Shown here: positions 54,001 to 64,000 of the stretch, in pieces
Numbering within the stretch: position 1 is the stretch's first letter
Layout: each line of letters opens with the position of its first letter
Assembly (NCBI GenBank): GCA_964016885.1
Contig: CAXHJY010001303.1
Span: forward strand, 23,001 to 87,000
Direction of reading: 5' to 3'
Length of the DNA: 64,000 nucleotides
Source: Eledone cirrhosa
Lineage: Eukaryota
The notes under the pieces: generated by a model
Database searches by the model: none
What the model saw: only the letters and a program-made list of their open reading frames with translations
Told to the model about the DNA's origin: nothing
Made by a program: the position numbers and the translations under genes

Positions 54001-57000
54001 TACATGGTCTGTAACGTATATATATATACATGGTCTGTAACGTATATATACATGGTCGGTAACGTATATATATATACATGGTCTGTAACGTATATATATA
54101 TACATGGTCTGTAACGTATATATACATACATGGTCTGTAACGTATATATATATACATGGTCTGTAACGTATATATATATACATGGTCTGTAACGTATATA
54201 TATATACATGGTCTGTAACGTATATATATATACATGGTCTGTAACGTATATATACATACATGGTCTGTAACGTATATATATATACATAGTCTGTAACGTA
54301 TATATATATACATGGTCTGTAACGTATATATATATACATGGTCTGTAACGTATATATACATGGTCTGTAACGTATATATATATACATGGTCTGTAACGTA
54401 TATATATATACATGGTCTGTAACGTATATATACATGGTCTGTAACGTATATATATATACATGGTCTGTAACGTATATATATATACATGGTCTGTAACGTA
54501 TATATATACATGGTCTGTAACGTATATATATATACATCGTCTGTAACGTATATATATATACATGGTCTGTAACGTATATATATATACATGGTCTGTAACG
54601 TATATATATATACATAGTCTGTAACGTATATATATATACATGGTCTGTAACGTATATATATATACATGGTCTGTAACGTATATATATATACATGGTCTGT
54701 AACGTATATATACATGGTCTGTAACGTATATATATATACATGGTCTGTAACGTATATATATATACATGGTCTGTAACGTATATATATATACATGGTCTGT
54801 AACGTATATATATACATGGTCTGTAACGTATATATATATACATCGTCTGTAACGTATATATATATACATGATCTGTAACGTATATATATACATGGTCTGT
54901 AACGTATATATATATGCATGGTCTGTAACGTATATATACATACATGGTCTGTAACGTATATATATATACATGGTCTGTAACGTATATATATATACATAGT
55001 TTGTAACGTATATATACATGGTCTGTAACGTATATATATATACATGGTTTGTAATGTATATATATATATACATGGTCTGTAACGTATATATATATATACA
55101 TTGTTTGTAACGTATATATATATACATGGTCTGTAACGTATATATACATGGTCTGTAACGTATATATATATACATGGTCTGTAACGTATATATATATACA
55201 TGGTATGTAACGTATATATATATACATGGTCTGTAACGTATATATATACATGGTCTGTAACGTATATATATATATACATCGTCTGTAACGTATATATATA
55301 TACATGGTCTGTAACGTATATATATACATGGTCTGTAACGTATATATATATGCATGGTCTGTAACGTATATATACATACATCGTCTGTAACGTATATATA
55401 TATACATGGTCTGTAACGTATATATATATACATGGTCTGTAACGTATATATACATGTTCTGTAACGTATATATACATGGTCTGTAACGTATATATATATA
55501 CATGGTCTGTAACGTATATATATATACATGTTCTGTAACGTATATATATATACATGGTCTGTAACGTATATATATACATGGTCTGTAACGTATATATATA
55601 TACATGGTCTGTAACCTATATATATACATGGTCTGTAACGTATATATATATACATGGTCTGTAACGTATATATACATACATGGTCTGTAACGTATATATA
55701 CATGGTCTGTAACGTATATATATATACATGGTCTGTAACGTATATATATATACTTGGTCTGTAACGTATATATATATACATGGTCTGTAACGTATATATA
55801 TACATGGTCTGTAACGTATATATATACATGGTCTGTAACGTATATATATATACATGGTTTGTAACGTATATATATATACAGGGTCTGTAACGTATATATA
55901 TACATGGTTTGTAACGTATATATATACATGGTTTGTAACGTATATATACATGGTCTGTAACGTATATATATATACATGGTCCGTAACGTATATATATACA
56001 TGGTTTGTAACGTATATATATATACATGGTCTGTAACGTATATATATATATACATGGTCTGTAACGTATATATATACATGGTTTGTAACGTATATATACA
56101 TGGTCTGTAACGTATATATATACATGGTTTGTAACGTATATATATATACATAGTTTGTAACGTATATATATACATGGTTTGTAACGTATATATATATACA
56201 TGGTCTGTAACGTATATATATATATATATACATGGTTTGTAACGTATATATACATGGTTTGTAACGTATATATATATACATGGTCTGTAACGTATATATA
56301 TATACATGGTCTGTAACGTATATATATACATGGTTTGTAACGTATATATATATACATGGTCTGTAACGTATATATATACATGGTCTGTAACGTATATATA
56401 TATATATATACATGGTTTGTAACGTATATATACATGGTTTGTAACGTATATATATATACATGGTCTGTAACGTATATATATATACATGGTCTGTAACGTA
56501 TATATATACATGGTTTGTAACGTATATATATATACATGGTCTGTAACGTATATATATATACATGGTCTGTAACGTATATATATATATATACATGGTTTGT
56601 AACGTATATATACATGGTTTGTAACGTATATATATATACATGGTCTGTAACGTATATATATATATACATGGACTGTAACGTATATATATACATGGTCTGT
56701 AACGTGTATATATATATACATAGTTTGTAACGTATATATATAAACATGGTCTGTAACGTATATATATATACATGGTCTGTAACAGATATATATACATGGT
56801 TTGTAACGTATATATATATACATGGTCTGTAACGTATATATATATACATGGTCTGTAACGTATATATGTATACATGGTCTGTAACGTATATATATATACA
56901 TGGTCTGTAACGTATATATACATGGTCTGTAACGTATATATATATACATGGTCTGTAACGTATATATATATACATGGTCTGTAACGTATATATATACATG

Positions 57001-60000
57001 GTCTGTAACGTATATATATATACATCGTCTGTAACGTATATATATATACATGGTCTGTAACGTATATATATACATGGTCTGTAACGTATATATATATGCA
57101 TGGTCTGTAACGTATATATACATACATGGTCTGTAACGTATATATATATACATGGTCTGTAACGTATATATATATACATAGTTTGTAACGTATATATATA
57201 TACATAGTTTGTAACGTATATATATATACTTGGTCTGTAACGTTTATATATATACATGGTCTGTAACGTATATATATATATATATATACATGGTTTGTAA
57301 CGTATATATACATGGTTTGTAACGTATATATATATACATGGTCTGTAACGTATATATATATACATGGTCTGTAAGGTATATATATACATGGTTTGTAACG
57401 TATATATATATACATGGTCTGTAACGTATATATATACATTGTTTGTAACGTATATATATATACATCGTCTGTAACGTATATATATATACATGGTCTGTAA
57501 CGTATATATATATACATGGTCTGTAACGTATATATATATACATGGTTTGTAACGTATATATATAAACATGGTCTGTAACGTATATATATATACATGGTCT
57601 GTAACAGATATATATACATAGTTTGTAACGTATATATATATACATGGTCTGTAACGTATATATATACATGGTCTGTAACGTATATATATATACATGGTTT
57701 GTAACGTATATATATATACACTGTCTGTAACGTATATATATACATGGTCTGTAACGTATATATATATACATGGTCTGTAACGTATATATATATACATGGT
57801 TTGTAACGTATATATATATACATGGTTTGTAACGTATATATATACATGGTCTGTAACGTATATATATATACATGGTCTGTAACGTATATATATATACATG
57901 GTTTGTACCCTATATATATATACATGGTCTGTAACGTATATATATATACATCGTCTGTAACGTATATATATATACATGGTCTGTAACGTATATATATACA
58001 TGGTTTGTAACGTATATATATATACATGGTCTGTAACGTATATATACATTGTCTGTAACGTATATCTATATACATGGTCTGTAACGTATATATATATACA
58101 TGGTCTGTAACGTATATATACATAGTCTGTAACGTATATATATATACATGGTCTGTAACGTATATATATATACATGGTCTGTAACGTATATATATACATG
58201 GTCTGTAACGTATATATATACATGGTCTGTAACAGATATATATACATGGTTTGTAACGTATATATATACATGGTCTGTAACAGATATATATACATGGTCT
58301 GTAACGTATATATATACATGGTTTGTAACGTATATATACATGGTCTGTAACGTATATATATATACATGGTCTGTAACGTATATATATATACATGGTATGT
58401 AACGTATATATATATACATGGTCTGTAACGTATATATATATACATGGTTTGTAACGTATATATATATACATGGTCTGTAACGTATATATACATACATGGT
58501 CTGTAACGTATATATATATACATGGTCTGTAACGTATATATACATGGTCTGTAACGTATATATATATACATGGTCTGTAACGTATATATACATACATGGT
58601 CTGTAACGTACATATACATGGTATGTAACGTATATATATATACATGGTATGTAACGTATATATATATACATGGTTTGTAACGTATCTATATATACAGGGT
58701 CTGTAACGTATATATATACATGGTTTGTAACGTATATATATACATGGTTTGTAACGTATATATACATGGTCTGTAACGTATATATATACATGGTTTGTGA
58801 CGTATATATATATACATAGTTTGTAACGTATATATATATACTTGGTCTGTAACGTATATATATATACATGGTCTGTAACGTATATATATATATATACATG
58901 GTTTGTAACGTATATATACATGGTTTGTAACGTATATATATATATACATGGTCTGTAACGTATATATATATACATGGTCCGTAACGTATATATATACATG
59001 GTTTGTAACGTATATATATATACATGGTCTGTACCGTATATATATACATGGTTTGTAACGTATATATATATACATGGTCTGTAACATATATATATACATG
59101 GTCTGTAACGTATATATATATACATGGTCTGCAACGTATATATATATATATATACATGGTTTGAACGTATATATACATGGTTTGTAACGTATATATATAT
59201 ACATGGTCTGTAACGTATATATATACATGGTTTGTAACGTATATATACATGGTCTGTAACGTATATATATACATGGTTTGTAACGTATATATATATACAT
59301 AGTTTGTAACGTATATATATATATACATGGTCTGTAACGTATATATATATACATGGTTTGTAACGTATATATACATGGTTTGTAACGTATATATATATAC
59401 ATGGTCTGTAACGTATATATATATACATGGTCTGTACGTATATATATACATGGTTTGTAACGTATATATATATACATGGTCTGTAACGTATATATATACA
59501 TGGTTTGTAACGTATATATATATACATGGTCTGTAACGTATATATATACATGGTTTGTAACGTATATATATAAACATGATTTGTAACGTATATATATATA
59601 CACAGTCTGTAATGTATATATATACATGGTCTGTAACGTATATATATATACATGGTCTGTAACGTATATATATATACATGGTTTGTAACGTAAATATATA
59701 TACATGGTTTGTAACGTATATATATACATGGTCTGTAACGTATATATATATACATGGTCTGTAACGTATATATATATACTTGGTCTGTAACGTATATATA
59801 TATACATCGTCTGTAACGTATATATATATACATGGTCTGTAACGTATATATATATACATGGTCTGTAACGTATATATATACATGGTTTGTAACGTATATA
59901 TATATACATGGTCTGTAACGTATATATATATACATGGTCTGTAACGTATATATACATGGTCTGTAACGTATATATATATAAATGGTCTGTAACGTATATA

Positions 60001-62648
60001 TATATACATGGTCTGTAACGTATATATATATACATCGTTTGTAACGTATATATATATACATGGTCTGTAACGTATATATACATACATCGTCTGTAACGTA
60101 TATATACATACATGGTTTGTAACGTATATATATATACATGGTCTGTAACGTATATATATATACATGGTCTGTAACGTATATATACATCGTCTGTAACGTA
60201 TATATATATACATGGTTTGTAACGTATATATATATACATGGTCTGTAACGTATATATATATACATGGTCTGTAACGTATATATATATATACATGGTCTGT
60301 AACGTATATATATATACATGGTCTGTAACGTATATATACATGGTCTGTAACGTATATATATATACATGGTCTGTAACGTATATATATATACATGGTTTGT
60401 AACGTATATATATATACACTGTCTGTAACGTATATATATACATGGTCTGTAACGTATATATATATACATGGTCTGTAACGTATATATATACATGGTTTGT
60501 AACGTATATATATATACATGGTCTGTAACGTATATATATATACATGGTCTGTAACGTATATATACATGGTCTGTAACGTATATATATATACATGGTCTGT
60601 AACGTATATATATATACATGGTCTGTAACGTATATATATATACATGGTCTGTAACGTATATATACATGGTCTGTAACGTATATATATATACATGGTCTGT
60701 AACGTATATATATATACATGGTCTGTAACGTATATATATGTACATGGTTTGTAACGTATATATATATACATGGTCTGTAACGTATATATACATACATGGT
60801 CTGTAACGTATATATATATACATGGTCTGTAACGTATATATATATACATGGTCTGTAACGTATATATATATACATGGTTTGTAACGTATATATATATACA
60901 TGGTCTGTAACGTATATATATATACATGGTCTGTAACGTATATATATATACATGGTCTGTAACGTAATATATATATACATGGTCTGTAACGTATATATAT
61001 ATACATGGTCTGTAACGTATATATATATACATGGTTTGTAACGTAAATATATATACATGGTTTGTAACGTAATATATATACATGGTCTGTAACGTATATA
61101 TATATACATCGTCTGTAACGTATATATATATACATCGTCTGTAACGTATATATATATACATGGTCTGTAACGTATATATATACATGGTTTGTAACGTATA
61201 TATATATACATGGTCTGTAACGTATATATATATACATGGTCTGTAACGTATATATATATACATGGTCTGTAACGTATATATATATACTTGGTCTGTAACG
61301 TATATATATATACATCGTTTGTAACGTATATATATATACATGGTCTGTAACGTATATATACATACATCGTCTGTAACGTATATATACATACATGGTTTGT
61401 AACGTATATATACATACATGGTTTGTAACGTATATATATATACATGGTCTGTAACGTATATATATATACATGGTCTGTAACGTATATATATATACACTGT
61501 CTGTAACGTATATATATACATGGTCTGTAACGTATATATATATACATGGTCTGTAACGTATATATACATGGTCTGTAACGTATATATATATACATGGTCT
61601 GTAACGTATATATATATACATGGTTTGTAACGTATATATATATACACTGTCTGTAACGTATATATATACATGGTCTGTAACGATATATATATATACATGG
61701 TCTGTAACGTATATATATACATGGTATGTAACGTATATATATATACATGGTCTGTAACGTATATATATGTACATGGTTTGTAACGTATATATATATACAT
61801 GGTCTGTAACGTATATATACATACATGGTCTGTAACGTATATATATATACATGGTCTGTAACGTATATATATATACATGGTCTGTAACGTATATATATAT
61901 ACATGGTCTGTAACGTATATATATATACATGGTCTGTAACGTATATATACATGGTCTGTAACGTATATATATATACATGATCTGTAACGTATATATATAT
62001 ACATGGTCTGTAACGTGTATATATATACATGGTCTGTAACGTATATATGCATGGTCTGTAACGTATATATACATACATGGTCTGTAACGTATATATATAT
62101 ACATGGTTTGTAATGTATATATATATATACATGGTCTGTAACGTATATATATATACATGGTTTGTAACGTATATATATATACAGGGTCTGTAACGTATAT
62201 ATATACATGTTTTGTAACGTATATATATATACATGGTCTGTAACGTATATATACATGGTCTGTAACGTATATATATATACATGATCTGTAACGTATATAT
62301 ATATACATGGTCTGTAACGTATATATACATACATGGTCTGTAACGTATATATATATACATGGTTTGTAATGTATATATATATATACATGGTCTGTAACGT
62401 ATATATATATACATGGTTTGTAACGTATATATATATACAGGGTCTGTAACGTATATATATACGTTTTGTAACGTATATATATGCATGGTCTGTAACGTAT
62501 ATATACATACATGGTCTGTAACGTATATATATATACATGGTTTGTAACGTATATATATATACATGGTTTGTAACGTATATATATACATGGTTTGAACGTA
62601 ATATATATTATACATGGTCTGTAACGTATATATATATAGTTTGTAACG
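1..62648. repeat. Tandem satellite array, monomer CATGGTYTGTAACR(TA)4-7 (22-28 bp, occasionally up to ~38 bp); continues beyond left window edge
   Basis: The 14-bp core recurs head-to-tail in one orientation throughout, separated only by (TA)n. No non-repeat interruption was seen. The last recognisable core (AGTTTGTAACG) is at 62638-62648. Confidence 0.99.
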
Positions 62649-62669
62649 TATATATATATATATATATAT
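62649..62669. repeat. (TA)n tract joining the array to the SINE tail
   Basis: Pure TA dinucleotide run directly after the last core. Confidence 0.9.
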
Positions 62670-63005
62670 CATCATAATCATTTCATTCCGTTTTTTCCCA
62701 GCTTGCAAGGGTGGGACGGGAACTGATTCTGGCTTGAGTTCTACAGCTGGATGCCCTTCCTAACACCAGCCTCATTTACAGTGAGTGCTGGGTGGTTTTT
62801 TTGCCGTGGCACCTCCATGACCACTTTGCAGTGGAATGATATGGACCCCAGTCCCTATCATCTCATTTCTACAGCTGAGTAAACTGGAGCAATGTGAAAT
62901 AAAGTGTCTTGCTCAAGGAAACAACACATCACCCAGTCTGAGAATTGAACTCACAACCTTTTGATTGCAAGGCCAATGTTCTAACCACTAAGCCATGTGC
63001 CTCCA
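62668..63005 (-). mobile_element. tRNA-derived SINE with CORE-like central domain and (GAT)n-like 3' tail
   Basis: The minus strand begins GGAGGCACATGGCTTAGTGGTTAG (A box), then GAGTTCAATTCT (B-box-like). Next is TTCCTTGAGCAAGACACTTT...CTCCAGTTTACTCAGCTGTAGAAATGAG, resembling the MIR/CORE consensus GACCTTGGGCAAGTCACTT...CCTCAGTTTCCTCATCTGTAAAATGGG. It continues through GTTAGGAAGGGCATCCAGCTGTAGAA and ends AACGGAATGAAATGATTATGATGAT. Family assignment is from recalled motifs, not a search. It could be two fused fragments. Confidence 0.85.
62941..62995 (-). promoter_or_regulatory. Internal RNA Pol III type-2 promoter of the SINE (A box 62985-62995, B box ~62941-62952)
   Basis: TGGCTTAGTGG matches the A-box consensus TRGCNNAGYGG. 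GAGTTCAATTCT is a diverged GGTTCGANNCC. Spacing is tRNA-like. Confidence 0.65.
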
Positions 63006-63059
63006 TATATATATATATTATATATATTATATATATATATATTATATATATATATCTAT
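63005..63059. repeat. Imperfect (TA)n microsatellite between SINE head and LINE 3' end
   Basis: TA run with occasional TT phase slips, ending TATCTATC. Confidence 0.9.
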
Positions 63060-63377
63060 CTAAGGCGGGTAAAATTCCCGAAATCCATGGACGAGTTCTC
63101 TCCAGCGGTCTCTGTCCCTCATTATCGCTGCCATATCCTGCATCTCCAACAGACCAGTGTCTGTCCTTAGGGCATCAACATATGTCAACCTTGGTCTTCC
63201 TCTTCTAGTGTGTCCATGTAGGGGTTCCCAAAGGAGCACTGAGTGCAATGTCAACTCTGGATGTCGGTGAGCATGTCAAGCCAACCTCAGTCTCCTCTGT
63301 GTCACTTTTGAGCTGACTTTTGGGATGCTCCCATACAGCTTTGGGATGGTCCCATACAGCTCCCATACAGATTGGGA
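63060..63377 (-). mobile_element. 5'-truncated RTE-clade (RTE/RTEX-like) non-LTR retrotransposon 3' fragment, inactive
   Basis: Manual in-frame translation from 63362 gives ELYGTIPKLYGSIPKVSSKVTQRRLRLA*HAHRHPELTLHSVLLWEPLHGHTRRGRPRLTYVDALRTDTGLLEMQDMAAIMRDRDRWRELVHGFREFYPP*. This contains the RRLRxAGH, RGRPxxT(Y/W)xD and DRxxWR motifs typical of the RTE ORF C-terminus. A premature TGA at 63276-63278 replaces the conserved Gly. Confidence 0.88.
63320..63370. repeat. 21-bp tandem duplication plus partial third copy at the LINE 5' junction
   Basis: TTGGGATGCTCCCATACAGCT (63320-63340) is followed by TTGGGATGGTCCCATACAGCT (63341-63361). TCCCATACAG occurs at 63329, 63350 and 63361. Confidence 0.9.
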
Positions 63378-63390
63378 ATATATATATATA

Positions 63391-63418
63391 GACGTTAAAC
63401 GATGATGATGATGATGAT
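63391..63418 (+). mobile_element. Orphan retroposon 3' tail remnant GACGTTAAAC(GAT)6
   Basis: It resembles the 3' end of the neighbouring SINE (CGGAATGAAATGATTATGATGAT) in the opposite orientation and is embedded in (TA)n. Confidence 0.55.

Positions 63419-64000
<582 letters not shown>

Noticed and set aside
1-62648. CRISPR-like array (constant repeat plus variable spacer)
   Set aside because: Spacers are only (TA)n with no unique sequence, the repeat is 14 bp, there are no cas genes, and the context is metazoan retroelements.
1-62648. Long yeast-type telomeric repeat or telomerase product
   Set aside because: Inherited multi-kb duplications of private variants indicate recombinational amplification rather than templated addition. 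The flank is metazoan SINE/LINE and there is no recognisable telomere motif.
1-62648. Core GTAAC/CATGG as RFX or PAR-bZIP binding-site array
   Set aside because: Only half-site resemblance with wrong spacing; not supportable from sequence alone.
1-62648. Whole array as a sequencing or assembly artefact
   Set aside because: Rare variants recur in consistent, collinear contexts with small differences between copies, as expected of real duplications. Exact copy numbers still need read validation.
281-62708. Giant minus-strand and short plus-strand ORFs as real protein-coding genes
   Set aside because: They overlap in all three frames, are pure translations of the repeat and have constant frame-shifting unit lengths. 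There is no domain or gene structure.
62739-62877. 11-bp direct repeat TTCTACAGCTG (62739 and 62867) as a target-site duplication
   Set aside because: Both copies lie within recognisable SINE-internal motifs, and nothing indicates an insert between them.
62925-63005. Functional tRNA gene on the minus strand
   Set aside because: A and B boxes are present, but no convincing acceptor stem was seen and the sequence continues into a CORE-like SINE body.

Overview
Eukaryotic (metazoan) non-coding window. Positions 1-~62650 are one uninterrupted AT-rich satellite array with monomer CATGGT(C/T)TGTAAC(G/A)+(TA)n. n is usually 4-7, giving 22/24/26/28-bp units and roughly 2,500 copies (estimated from length). 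Rare variant monomers, read by eye, reveal nested duplications (about 0.18, 0.7, 1.4, 2.8, 3.1, 4.5, 8.2 and 19-21 kb) and a left-to-right change in variant repertoire. The array ends at a minus-strand tRNA-derived CORE-type SINE (62668-63005). Next come a 5'-truncated dead RTE-clade LINE 3' fragment (63060-63377, minus strand), an orphan SINE-like tail and a degenerate (TA)n tract running to the window end. The retroelement motifs recall cephalopod (octopus-like) repeats, which is an inference. The giant minus-strand ORFs arise because the repeat lacks stop codons on that strand, and no genuine host gene is supported. No new protein-coding system is evident. The most interesting signals are the palindromic, length-variable spacer architecture, the duplication history, and a SINE Pol III promoter pointing into the array.
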